NCBI GenBank assembly: GCA_900128565.1
Contig: LT635911.1
Span: 1 to 64,000 of the forward strand
Direction of reading: 5' to 3'
From: Stramenopiles sp. TOSAG23-6
Taxonomy: Eukaryota
DNA: 64,000 bases
Every line of letters starts with the position of its first letter. The first letter of the stretch is position 1. The notes beneath the pieces are model-generated. The model worked only from the letters and a program-made list of their open reading frames with translations, made no database searches and was not told the DNA's origin. Positions 8,623 to 21,000 of the stretch are shown piece by piece. The position numbers were made by a program, and so were the translations under genes.

Positions 8623-11600
8623 ATGCCGTGTCAGACTACTTTGAATCATCAAAAAGGTGAAGAAATTATATTCCCGTTTCCTTTCCCACCCTATGATATC
8701 CAGAAATCGCTGATGTCTAGTATATTTAAAAGACTTCAAACCGGTGGTGTTGGTATCTTTGAGAGTCCGACGGGTACAGGGAAGAGTTTAAGTATAATCA
8801 ATAGCGCACTACTTTGGCTTAAATGTTACGCACCTCCAAACTATGACGTTCTTGCGGGAAATAGGAAATTTGAGCAAAATGGAAAAGCTATTGCAAAAGT
8901 TCCAGCTGTAGCTTCGTCTTTCAATTCGTCTGACGATGAAGAACCAGATTGGGCTACTCAATATGAGTCCGCAGCAGTGAGATCTCTGCGAGAGCGTCAT
9001 GAATTTGCAGAAAAACGATGGCAGGCTCGAATCTTGGCACTACTTCAAAATGCAGAAGGCTCCGACAACTTAAACCGTAAACGTGGCCGTTGGTCTAGAG
9101 GCCACCACAAGGGTTCACGAGCAAGCACAAAATCTAAATTATCTAAAAAAGTACTTTCTGACAACAAACAAGAGAATTCAACGATATGCGATGATGAAAA
9201 TGACGATGAATTTCTTGTGGATGCATATGATAGCGATGATGGCGTTAAAGAGGCATGGTGTACCAGCAGTAGTAGTAGTGATGCGGATGGTTTTAATTCT
9301 GATGATGACGACACACCTCTTAGTGTTCGGAAAGTAATTTACTGTACTCGAACACATTCTCAGCTCTCACAGTTCATGAGTGAAGTTAGAGAAACGACAT
9401 TTGGAAATCCCGTTGGTAAATCTCGTACAAAAGAAACATCATCGATGATAGAACATTCCGGTACCAAAAGGAAACTCTCTTCTACTGATAGTTCTATTGA
9501 GCCATTATATGTGAGATGTATGTTTTATTTTTTTTAATTTATATTTGTTTTTCGTACGAAATTTTGTACCTAACGAATTTTATTTGAAATTTTTTTTGAA
9601 ATATTTTTCCAAAATATATGTATTGCATTAGGATCTAGAAAGAATCTTTGTATAAACGAAAGTGTTAAAAAACGGGGAGGGACAAGCATAAACGAATCGT
9701 GTCTCGAAATGCAAAGAAATGCAAAATCCATTAGTAAAACATCTGATAAGAATATAAAGAAGGGAAGTTGTCCTCATTTTGATAAAGGTCCACAAAAATT
9801 GTTTGGAGACCATGCGACTGTCAAAGTTCGTGATATTGAAGATTTAGCAGCACTTGGTAAGAATATGGGATCTTGTCCATATTACGGAGCTCGAAAAGCT
9901 GTACCTTTAGCAGAATTGGTCACAGTTCCTTATAATATGATTCTTCATAGTGGAACACGAAATCGATTACAGTTGCCATTGAAGGGAAATATTGTAATAT
10001 TTGACGAAGCACATAATATTATTGATGCAATTAATAATGCTTACAGTTGTTATGTAACTCATGAAATTCTAATTGCAGCTCATAGAGAACTTTCACAGTA
10101 TCTTCAACGATATAAAAGTCGACTGAAAGGTCGAAATATTATTTTTATCAATCAATTATTATACGTTTTACGGTCCATTGCCAAATTCATTGACAAGTCT
10201 AAAATATCTCCAATTTCAAATGTGAATGGGAAAAGTGTCAATGAAACATCCAATAATAATGTGTTTTCTCTTAGTGAGTTTGTAACAAAAGCTGGTATTG
10301 ATCATATAAATATGTTCAAACTTGATAAATATATTGAACGTAGTAAAATAGGACGTAAAGTTCAAGGTTTTACAGAAAAGTATGTGAAACCTTTTGAAGT
10401 AGAGTCTGATGATAACCATAACCCTAATATCCAAACGCAAAAGAAATCTTCAGGCTCAGCACTAATGCAGGTCAGGGAATTTCTCATGGCACTTACAACA
10501 GCAAATGGTGACGCAAGAGTTCTTATTACAATTGGAAGTGTAAAGATTGTAATGCTCAATGCCTCAGTACATTTCAGAGAAATTGTAAATGAAGCCCATG
10601 TACGTTTTTCAAATTGAATTTTGAGTTTTTTTTTTCATACGAAATTTTGTACCTAACAAGTTTTTGAAAAAAAAAATTGAAATATTTTTATACAATATAT
10701 GCGGTGCTTCTTTTGGGCGGTACCATGCAGCCAATTCAAGATATCGTGAATCAATTATTTTGGCATGTAGAATCTGATAAAATTACTACACTTTCTTGTA
10801 ATCATGTTGTTCCTGATTCAAATATAATAGCTCTAACTGTTGATAAAGGACCTATGGGGAAATCTCTTAAGTTTACTTATAAAATACGAGAGCAAGTAGA
10901 GACACAAATTGAACTTGGCCGTCTGATTGCGAACTTATGTATATGTATGTTTTATTTTTTTTCAAATTCTAAATTTTTTTTCGTACGAAATTTTGTACCT
11001 AACAAATTTTAGGTTTTTTTTTTGAAATATTTTTCCAAAATTCATTAGTTCCTGGTGGAGTTGTCGTATTTTTACCATCTTTTCAATATTCAAAAACACT
11101 TCAAACAACATGGAACAAATCTGGTGGTATATTAAATAGAATTGCAAAAAAAAAGAAAATATTTTGGGAACCACGTAATGCTATTGATGTGGAATCCACA
11201 TTATTGGATTATTCATTCGCTATAAAGAAATATAATATTTCAGAAAAGTGTAATCAAAATATATCGCCCTTGGGCACTCAAAATCAGAATACTCAACAAG
11301 AAAAACAAAATAAAAATCTTACTGGTGCAATATTATTCAGTATTGTTGGTGCTAAAATGTCTGAAGGAATTGATTTTAAGGATGACTTGGCAAGATGTGT
11401 AATTATGGTAGGTTTACCTTTTCCGCCTCCTAATAGTCCTGAACTGAGAGAAAGGATGATCTGGTTAGATGAACAATCTAATAAAAGGACAATGGAGTTA
11501 CAGCCACAAGATTCAAGAATTTGCTCAAAAGATATAAAAAATAANAACAAAAATAGCGCTGGTCAGGATTATTACGAAAATATATGTATGCGGGCAGTGA

Positions 11601-11791
11601 ATCAGTCTATAGGTCGCGCAATTAGACATAAAAATGATTTTGCTTCAATTGTGTTGGTTGATAGTCGATACAAAGAAGAAAGAATAAAACGAAAACTTCC
11701 AGCATGGATACAAAGGCGTACGAAAGTAGCCGATTCATATGGACAAGTAGCAAAATGTTTAGGAAAGTTCTATCGATCACATAAAGTGTGA
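8623..11791 (+). CDS. DDX11: Fe-S DNA helicase DDX11/Chl1; exons 8623-9517, 9620-10599, 10701-10944, 11046-11791
   Basis: [72 protein letters not shown] and [12 protein letters not shown] join in frame using three GT-AT introns. Confidence 0.93.
9518..9619 (+). other. Non-canonical GT-AT intron, 102 nt (DDX11 intron 1)
   Basis: GAGAT|GTATGT...AAAATATAT|GTATTGCA gives [13 protein letters not shown]; the intron has an in-frame stop; the next AG (9630-9631) would create TGA. Confidence 0.85.
10600..10700 (+). other. Non-canonical GT-AT intron, 101 nt (DDX11 intron 2)
   Basis: CAT|GTACGT...CAATATAT|GCG gives [14 protein letters not shown]; the next in-frame AG (10729-10730) would delete helicase motif III. 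Confidence 0.85.
10945..11045 (+). other. Non-canonical GT-AT intron, 101 nt (DDX11 intron 3)
   Basis: ATAT|GTATGT...AAAATTCAT|TAGTT gives NLCI-LVPGG; in-frame AG alternatives exist (ending 11048 or 11012), so the end is assigned by homology to the other family members. Confidence 0.7.
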
Positions 11792-11903
11792 ATGTAAATT
11801 TAATATGAAATAAATATACTGTCGTAATTATTTCGTACCTTTGAAATTATAAAATACTTCCATCATCTATCTTCCACATAAAATGTTCATAGCCATATAA
11901 AAG

Positions 11904-12350
11904 TTAGAATCCTAAATCAGACAACCAGCTCTTCACCCTCTTTGTGTGATTGCCCTTTGCTTCAATTCTACCATTATATATTTTAACTTCACTTTCCAAA
12001 CAAACCTTTTGCATCTCCGTAGCGAGGGCATGGACATCTCCTTCATACTTGCGCAATATTGTTACAGTCTTTGAACGACCATTTTTATAGTCGATATACA
12101 CTGGCAATTGCTTACCAATATCTGAACGGAAAATGTTAAACGGAACATTGCCTGCTTCTTTCATATCACGTGTGTAAACTAAAGGTCTAGGATTTTCTGA
12201 CCACGCCACTTGGTGTTCACGGCGTTGCTTTTTTACCCAGAATGGAATCATACGCTTATTAATAATACGATTTGAATGACTACCACTTCCCCCATGCTTG
12301 GTTGCGATTGAGCGGGTGAACATGACTATGGTGTGCTTTGTAGCGCTCAT
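11904..12350 (-). CDS. MRPL49: Mitochondrial ribosomal protein mL49 (Img2)
   Basis: FNIFRS...QLPVYIDYKNG...TILRKYEGD...IEAKGNH...VKSWLSDLGF; alternative ATG at 12362. Confidence 0.88.
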   Translation of the reverse strand: MSATKHTIVMFTRSIATKHGGSGSHSNRIINKRMIPFWVKKQRREHQVAWSENPRPLVYTRDMKEAGNVPFNIFRSDIGKQLPVYIDYKNGRSKTVTILRKYEGDVHALATEMQKVCLESEVKIYNGRIEAKGNHTKRVKSWLSDLGF

Positions 12351-12452
12351 GTTGAAGTACATCTTGTAGAAAAACTAATAATATTTCTACAGTAGTGTTT
12401 TAGTATAGGTTGGTACTGGTAAGTTCAGTAGACTTTGGCACGTGTTGCGTTG

Positions 12453-12466
12453 CTTTTTGACACGTG
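12453..12466. promoter_or_regulatory. CTTTTTGACACGTG motif (contains G/E-box CACGTG) in the divergent mL49/CDT2 promoter
   Basis: Exact 14-bp copy at 46693-46706; a second CACGTG lies at 12439-12444. Confidence 0.45.
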
Positions 12467-12655
12467 GCATCGGCATGCATGATTTTTTTGATTTTTTTGA
12501 ATGACATCAGCAAATAACTCACGACGGACTCACGACCAAAAAAACTGAAAGAATTAATAATATTTTTAGAGTTTACTAAACTTGTTTCAACAAGAAGATT
12601 CTGGAAAAAGACTACAATCCCTATAATCACTACAGTGTAATATCAGACGCGGAAG

Positions 12656-15034
12656 ATGTCGAGCGATCCATGTTCTAGTACTGTATCAAATCTAGTCTGG
12701 CGTGAAAAAAAAAATTCAGTGAACATTGTGCCAATGGTCAAAACTTGGAATGCTAGAGCTACTAACAGACGTTTACGCCCAAGCTTGTCACGCTATGTGA
12801 TGAATCGTCAAATGGGTTGTGGCGGAGGACAACAATACTCACAGTCTACAACTGTACAGTGGATGAAACGTCGGCTTATCGTTGGATGTAAAGCTTCATC
12901 CCTTGCAAATTCACGAATAAACGTTCTCATGTGTCGAAATGAGTTGGAGGAAGATGTACCACCGTTTTGTTCCTTTTTCTCCAGATATGCGCTTGGTGGA
13001 CATGCACTATGTATATCAGACGAAGATGGATGGGTAGAAATCTTAGACTCGCGATTGCCATTGGACATCATTGAAAATGCTGAAAGAAAACGTCACCGTT
13101 GGCTTGCTCACGCTAACGCAGTATTCGATTTAAAGTGGACGGACTACGACACCAAAATTATTACAGCTTCAGGTGATCAAACGGCACGTTTATTTGATAT
13201 AGAAACACGGAAATTATTGTTAACATTTGAATCTCATAATGGAAGTGTTAAATCTATTTCAACGCATCCATTAAACCCTCATGTGTACGCTACTGGTGCA
13301 CGTGATGGCCATTTGATGCTTTGGGATTCTCGTATATCAATGAAAATAGCTGGTTCAAACAAGAGAAGAGATCGTGGTCGTAGTATTGGCGATACGACGG
13401 CAAATACAAATGACTGGATTGTCAATCCTTTCATAAAAGAATACAATGCACATACTCTTCAAATGTTCAAACGAAAAAGAAGTCAAGGTTCTATTCCTGT
13501 CGACTCTTGTGCTGCTGTTACAACTGTTAACCTCATGAAGGATGGATTTTCATTAATAACTGGTGGTGCTGCATCAGGTTGTATGAAAGCATGGGATTTG
13601 CGACGTTTAAAAGGTAGAAAGAATAAACAAATTCAACATGTCGATGAATTTTGTCCTAGGCGAAGTCCGGGTAGACCATATGGAATTAGCTCAATTGATG
13701 TAGATGAAAGTGGAACAACACTCTTGGTAAACTTTACTAATAATATTATCAATCTCTTTCATTTTGGTATGTCTAATCCATGCTTCAAGAGTTATAGTGA
13801 TATAACTGGTAAAGGCAAAGGAAAATGTTGTGATGGGAGGTCAGGTGGGTGTCTTAATCACACTTCTGGTTTCGTAAAACATCCGTATAATTATGTATCA
13901 GACACAAGAATGAGTGACTCTTTCTACGTAAAGGCATGTTTTTCTCCAGATGGTAGACACATACTAGCAGGTTCTTGTGACAGTAAAGCATATATTTGGC
14001 CAGTACTATCATGTGGTAGTTCTTATGACTTTGATGGAATTTCTTCTTTTGCACCTGATGAAGTATCTATACCAAAGGATGTAATATTAGAACGTCGTAG
14101 GCAACAAAAATATTCTTCCGAAGAAATTCATAATGTGAAACCTATACGAATTCTTTCTGATGCTCTTTCAGAAGTAACCTGTGTAGATTGGTGTAAAATT
14201 GACCCTCAAAGAATTGTTACTTGTTCAGATGATTCTATTGTTAGATGTTATCAATTGCCCAATGCATGTGACGAAGAAAAAACATATTTCAGTAATCCCT
14301 ACCTAGTATATAAGACAATATTACCTGAATCTCAAAAAAATATACAAAATAATAACAATTCACAGACAAACACTCAAAATAAACCGAAAAAAATCCAATA
14401 CACTCTTGCGAATAAAAGTATCAGATATTCTACTATAAAAAATAATATGATATCAGAGTCTATGGAAACCTCAGCTGGTAGATCTGTCAAAGATAAAATA
14501 AAATATAGTGAAAATATTGAAAAAAATAAATCATTTTTATGGCCAAATAAAGAAGTAAATTTAAAACAAAAAAAAGAAGCTCGTTTAATAGCAATAATGA
14601 GAGCAAAAATAAAAGCTGAAAAAATAAAAGAAAACAAAAGAATTAAAGACGAGGAAAATAAATTACATAATGGGAATGGAGAAACTGATAAAACGGATAT
14701 TCTATCCAAGATTTCACCTCTTAGTCGATATTTTCGAATCAAACCAAGAACAATTAGCAAATTAACAGATACAGATGTTGTATCTGACAATAAAGAAAAT
14801 GTATCACAGCATGATGATTCTTGCACAAAAAAGCAAAGTAAGACAAGTTTTAATAATTCTGATAGTAATTACCAAGCATGTATTATAAAGAAGGTATTAG
14901 ATGACTCTAGAGAGAAAAACCAAATAAATACAAAAGAATCTGAAAAAGATCTATCGTGTAGTAGTAGTCCAGAGAAAAAACGACAGCGAACTATTTTAGA
15001 CTTATGGGGGCTTAATAATATACTTAACTTATAA
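12656..15034 (+). CDS. DTL: Denticleless/CDT2 WD40 substrate receptor of CRL4
   Basis: WLAHANAVFDLKW, TASGDQTARL, HNGSVKS, TGARDG, SFYVKACFSPDG, EVTCVDW, TCSDD; C-terminal QRTILDLW is PIP-box-like. Confidence 0.88.
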   Translation: MSSDPCSSTVSNLVWREKKNSVNIVPMVKTWNARATNRRLRPSLSRYVMNRQMGCGGGQQYSQSTTVQWMKRRLIVGCKASSLANSRINVLMCRNELEEDVPPFCSFFSRYALGGHALCISDEDGWVEILDSRLPLDIIENAERKRHRWLAHANAVFDLKWTDYDTKIITASGDQTARLFDIETRKLLLTFESHNGSVKSISTHPLNPHVYATGARDGHLMLWDSRISMKIAGSNKRRDRGRSIGDTTANTNDWIVNPFIKEYNAHTLQMFKRKRSQGSIPVDSCAAVTTVNLMKDGFSLITGGAASGCMKAWDLRRLKGRKNKQIQHVDEFCPRRSPGRPYGISSIDVDESGTTLLVNFTNNIINLFHFGMSNPCFKSYSDITGKGKGKCCDGRSGGCLNHTSGFVKHPYNYVSDTRMSDSFYVKACFSPDGRHILAGSCDSKAYIWPVLSCGSSYDFDGISSFAPDEVSIPKDVILERRRQQKYSSEEIHNVKPIRILSDALSEVTCVDWCKIDPQRIVTCSDDSIVRCYQLPNACDEEKTYFSNPYLVYKTILPESQKNIQNNNNSQTNTQNKPKKIQYTLANKSIRYSTIKNNMISESMETSAGRSVKDKIKYSENIEKNKSFLWPNKEVNLKQKKEARLIAIMRAKIKAEKIKENKRIKDEENKLHNGNGETDKTDILSKISPLSRYFRIKPRTISKLTDTDVVSDNKENVSQHDDSCTKKQSKTSFNNSDSNYQACIIKKVLDDSREKNQINTKESEKDLSCSSSPEKKRQRTILDLWGLNNILNL

Positions 15035-15076
15035 TTTATTATTAAAGAATGTTTTTATCATCACATTAAATGTCTT

Positions 15077-18000
15077 CTATGTTTCCCAAATTTTAGCGTT
15101 GTTCCATTCTGCGGAGTTTTCTCCGTAAACGCTTCGGAATTCCTCTTCGGTGTATGCGGTGCCATCACTAGGATCAATCCGCTTTTCAACATAGTATAAT
15201 GGCTGATTATCATCTGATTGGTATGCGTCATTATCAAAGTGATCTCCATCGGTATTATAACCACCTTCATCAGTTTCGTATCCAAATTCGTCATTAAGAG
15301 CCTCCAACGAAGTCATATCATCAAGTATGCTATTTTGTGGATAATCTTGGTCTTGCTCTGCGTAGTTGATTTGATTAATTCCTGTGTCATCTTTCTTCTC
15401 GTCCGCATCCACCCCGGCTTCGTTGATGTTTTCGTCATCGTCACTATTATCACTATCACTTTCTTTGTTTTTGTCACTATCGTCAAAACCTCCTTCCGGT
15501 ATCGGCGGTGGTGGGGGTCTTTCCTTTACTTTTTTCTTGAGAATATTCTTGAAACTAGAAACCTTTTTCTTTTCAATAACTTTTACGACGCCACCTTCGT
15601 CGTTTTTCTCGTTATCATCATCGCTATCATCATCGCTATCTTCATCGTCGCTACTACTACTTTTGCTGATTTGCTTGGTGTCCTTTACCTTTCTTTTTTT
15701 TCTACGTAAAAGACGTTTAAACTTCTTTGCCAAAGGAACGTCCGAATCTGAATCAGTGTCAGAAGAAAGTACAGCTGCCCGTTTCTTCTTAGGCTTTTCA
15801 AAAGGAACAATTCGAATATCGCCTTCTGGCATTTTCCAGCTAGTCTCACCAGATGCTCCGCAGAAATAGTATGTTCTTCCAGTTTTTTTGTCGTGCAACG
15901 AATTCCAAAGCATAATACTGTTGGTGTCCTTAATTTTCTTGACAAAGCCTCCCACAGTAGCGCGGACGTCTTCCTTTCCACGAATTGCTCTTCCTAAAAA
16001 TGAAACTGCGTTTGCTAGGTCTTGTGCTTGCAATGATGTTGCTGCACTGACAAGGTTCGAAGAAATCCTTGCGGCTTTTGTATCCATTGCGTTTTTATAT
16101 GCATCTGTATCCTTTGCGACACCCCACAATTTTGAAAGAGCTTCCGCTGTTTCACTTTCACGAATTTTCGTCATTGTACTTTCAGAACCAGGTGGGCCCT
16201 TCAACACCCCACCAATATCGATCCCTTTCTCTCTTACACCATCCGCGAGTCTTGCCGCGAACAATGCTACTTTCGAATGTTTTGGCAACTTATAGCATTT
16301 GACTCCTTTTACTCTAGTGCAATTTCCCTGACTATCTAACTTCACATTCTTCGAAGGAACAGTTGCAAAATTTCCGAATCCGTCCCATTTTTCTACCAGC
16401 ATTATTTGTAATACGGTCTCTATGCTCTCCTTCTGTTGTTGCTCTAAACGAATTTTATCAATTAGCCTTTGTGCTGGCGATTTCAATGAATCCATTAAAA
16501 TTGCTGCGTCAGTTTTTTTATTGACAATCGCGTTACGTCTCTTCTTCTTCTTCGATTTTCTCCTCGCACGTTTAACTGTGAACTTGCGCCCAACAATGAG
16601 TATACGGTCGTTTTCTTTCAAAAGATCAGTGATATCAACTGTCGTGTGAAGCGTTCTCTTATCTCTTACCAAAGTAACGGTTCCCGGCAGTTCCTCACTG
16701 AATTTATCTTCCATTATAATAGAAGCAGCTGATCGACCAATATTTTTGAAACGAGTTGACGTCAACTTTTGCCGATCTTGTTCTTGTCTAACCTTAATAC
16801 TTTCAGCTCGCTCCCAAAGTCGCTGCTGTCTCATACGCTCACGCCCTGCGCGACGGATCATCTTTCCACGATACAATGCTTGAAATTTTGTAGCGGACTG
16901 ATGCATCGCCATTAATTGGAACTGAGCTCGCAGTGCATCTCGTTCTGCTAGCTGTTCTGCTTCTATACGAGCTCTTTCTTCTTGAATTTTCTTATTCCAA
17001 ATATCAACTAGAAGCAAAGGTTCAGGTTTCGCATTGTGAAGCATCCTTTGGCCATGAGAGTGAACTTTTTCAAAGCAAATTGTGCAATATGGTTCATCGC
17101 ACTCAATACACCACCACTTAACTGCGTAGTCCTCACACTCTACACATGTTGCAACAATTGGTGTCCATGAGTGAGACTTTTTCATGTGTATATTTTCAAA
17201 GCAATTGTCACAAAGTTTAGCTTTCTTTGGAGTTTTCCTATGAGCAAGCTTACACGCTAAACAGTGGCGAGTTGCCACTTGATAACCACATTCCCCACAG
17301 ATGTCAACAGGGAGTTTTGTGTGCTTCTTCCGTTTACCTGAACAGTGTGTGTCGTCATAACATGCACTACAAAATTGTGTCTCACATTCCCGACAGACAA
17401 CTTCAACACGTTCTTCTTCACATTGCGAACATAGAACAACAAATTCACGCTCAGGAGTCGGAAGTGTAAAAATATTGTCAAGATCTTCCGCTTCAACCCA
17501 ATAAGCTTGATCATTCGCATCATAATCCCAATAACCATCTCGTAGGCAAGCAGGTCGATGCCAAGACTTTTCATTTGTTCTTTTGTTGAAATAATACGGT
17601 TCTTTAGTTTCAGGGTCCATAAATTTTACAAATATATCATTGATAACAGCCCATCTACGAGCTTTAGCCTGGTATCTCCTGACCATTAATTGAATACGAA
17701 TAACCCAACCACCCTTTCGCTTTGCTTCCAACCATGCTTCCTTTGCTATTCTAGAAAGTGCCATGAGCTCCTTTCCCTTATACCTTCGCCAGGATGCAGC
17801 GCACACCCTTTGAGCCCATGTTAAATCATCTGTTACTTTCGACTCAAGTTTCTTTCTTGCGCTCTTGTTAAAAACTACCCCGTTGGAATATAATAAATGA
17901 TTATGGATAACTAGTATTAATCTAATTTCACCTGGTGTCAATGGATTGAAAATTCCTCCCAAGCGACCAGGTGTTCTCGTGTTCGGAATCAATTTTCCAA

Positions 18001-21000
18001 TTCTATGTTGTGCTCTTAGTTCGTTAAAATTTGTCGCTGCTGGATACTTAAGATTTGCTATATCTAAGAGAGCGTCGAGAAACTGTGAAAAGTTTAGGAC
18101 ACGCTCGTTCTTTTTTTTGTATTTAGCAAAGATAATATCGCACTTAGTAGCAGTTATTTTTGATTTATCCAAAAGATTATGTGCTTGTGATATCATCTTT
18201 TTAAAAGAAGAATTGTCTATGGTTAATTGCTTTGAGGCTCCCTGCTCCTTTGCGAAGTTACAAAATATACCGCCAAAGCCCCACACACCCAAAACTTCAG
18301 GGCNTATCCCCTTTTTCTTTTTTATACGTATAGTTCGTAGAGTAAGAACGTATTTCCAGTACTTTCTCGTATGAGCATATTCGGCACGCCCACACCACCC
18401 GACATCCTCAAGCCGACGCATTGAATCTCTCAAGTTTGAAGCCAATATACGTCCGTGATATCCACGGACCATCGATTGAATTTTTGCCACAACACCCTGG
18501 TATCTTCTCATCCTATCTAATAGTGCTCGAAATTTTTTACGTTGCATTGATCCTTTCAAATATCTTTGAAGAACTATCGCCATTTTCTTCTTTCTTGCAG
18601 AGTTCCACTTGAGAAAGCGCCGCTGTATTTTCGAAGCAGCCGGTCCATATCTTTTCATCAGAACTCTCTTTTTCATTAGATGTCCACGTATCCTACTCTG
18701 TACGAGAATGACAGCATTCATTCTTTTCTCTATTTTTGACTTAATTCTTGCTTTTTGCATTAGATGGATTTTACACTTTACTTTTTTTCGACCAAGCTTC
18801 CCACGATAGCATTTTTGAACTAAAATTGCTGCTTTCTCAAGCTTTCGAGCTTTGTTAAATATACCTAGTTTTACTGCCCGTCTTAGCTTGTGCTTGTTTT
18901 TCTTCAGAGCTTGCATATCAACGACAGTTTTAAACCTACCTCCAAAATACGATAGCTCTTGTAAGTCAGCCTCTCCTGCTTGTTTTTTTTTCTGTCTTCG
19001 TTGAGCGGTAATACGAATCTTTGACCAATATAAATCTTCCCGAATTTTTTTGCAAGCCTGCACCTGTAGAATCCGCCGCAAGTGATACTGAACTTTTTTC
19101 TTTGCAAGGAAACGTCTTCTTTCTTTGAATGTTCCAGTGATGTATCGCTGTACTCTCAGCGCCATCTTGAATTTTCTAGCTTTTATTAAATTTCGAAGCT
19201 GCTTATATCGTTCTATACCACGCCACCATTCTTTAATATAATTAGCTGCCCCGTGTTTTCGAAATAAAAGAAGACGTTCTGCCCGTTCCCTCTCACGTTG
19301 AACCTTGGCTCGTCGCATACGCCGCAAAGTCAAAAGAAGCTTAACATGCTTCCTATCTCTAAAAGCTCGAAAAATTCGCTGTGCATGAACTGCAAGACGT
19401 ATTTTTGCTTCCTTCAGTATTTTTAGGAAAAACATCAATGCTTTTGAGTGGTGTATCCGGTAGTGCTGCTGCACTTTCTTACAGCTTTCTACCAACAGTT
19501 TGAATTTTTTTGTACTCTTTCTTGATTCGTAACCACGATAGAGTCTTTGTAAGTGAATCGTTCCTTGAATACGACGGAGAACTCTTTCACGAGAATCTTT
19601 CTGTGCTTCCCGTTCCTGATTCCGAATTCTACCCAACTTGTCCTGGATATCCTTCCAACCCCAATATATCCTATAACGCCTTTGAATAATTGTTGCGTAT
19701 TTTATTCGACTTGCTAAAATTTGTCGCTGTATTTCTTCTCTCCACCTATGCAAACCGAGCTCAAGGTATTTTATGATCATGTTGTTTAAAGATTTCTTAA
19801 TCATGTTAACGAAACGTTTCATTCGGAACCCATAGACTTCATCGTTCATTGCTTTTGCGACTAAATTCCGTGGTAACCTTTGCAACATCGCAGACATCAT
19901 TCTCGTGCTTTGATATTTCATTTCATTTACTTGCAACCGTGATTCTTCGGCACTATGCTTCAAAATATTGTGTCTTTGTTTTGTTGGAGGATCAATTGCC
20001 TGAGGAGTTTGTATTAAATTTGTACTTGTTAAACCAGTAGCTGATTTCAGGCAATGTGCTGACAGACCATGTAACACAAAACCTGGTTTTTTGACAGAGG
20101 TTGAATGCAGAGCTATTGGAGTCTTTTCTATATTTATAACTTTCGGATCTGTTTCTTGTTCTACATTTTCTGTTTCAGAAAACCCCTCATTATTTTCTGA
20201 ATGTAAACAAATGTCTTTATTATTTTCTCTATCAAGTATGTTGTTCTCATGAATTTGTATATCTTTGCTTTTTGAANTTGAAGTCCTCACAACATCTTGA
20301 TGTCTTGATATTTTCGTTTTTGTAGAATCTTTTTGTGAAACTTGTGGTTTTGTAAAATCTTTTTGTGAAACTTGTGGCAATGGTGTTGTTCCAATATAAG
20401 ACGTTGGAAATTTATGTTTCCTAGCGAGTGTTTCATGTTGTTTCTTTCGAAGTTCATGAAATGGATCCAAATGATCACTTTTCGTAAATTGTTTTTCAAT
20501 CTGTTTAATTGCTTGCCTTACGGCAAAGTTGGGCGCAGGAATTTTATCTAGTTCTTTTGCCATATGAGGTGAAATTGCACTGAGTATTGGTAATTTCGGT
20601 GGTGGTGTATATTCTATTGGTTTTTCATCTTTATTTAGGGATGATTTATATCCAGGTATAATACCTCGTTTCTGTAAAATGTATTTTCTGTGTTGCTGTG
20701 CTGTTCTTTGTAAATGATATAATTTAACCTGAAAGTTTGTATCATTTTGCATTCGTTTGTATCGTATATTTTGCTCTAACGCCTTCGCTTCATCCTCAAG
20801 TTCTTTCGGTCGAGATAAAAACTCTTCAATTGTTAGTTGTGATTTCCTATCAGATAAATGCATCGGTTGTAGTGAATATTCCTCACGTCTATCTAATAAC
20901 CCTAATCCTACAGTTGGATTACTTGTGACAGATTTTGATATTTTACGTCTAATTGTACTACTTCGTGGCTTATTTGCCACTGAGCGAACTGAAGATAAGG

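Noticed and set aside
10600-10645. Pairing of the donor GTAYG with the internal CRTAC
   Set aside because: No covariation: intron 2 pairs GTACG with CATAC (mismatch), while introns 1 and 3 pair GTATG with CGTAC
9516-11045. U12-type (AT-AC) minor introns
   Set aside because: Sliding the DDX11 boundaries to start at AT gives ends AT, AT and TC, not AC; there is no RTATCCTT donor or TCCTTAAC branch site, and the RPA2 copy cannot start with AT
8623-11791. DDX11 (and RPA2) as pseudogenes broken by insertions
   Set aside because: All exons are intact with full motif sets, and every insert is in sense orientation with a donor and branch-like signal; RPA2 is essential
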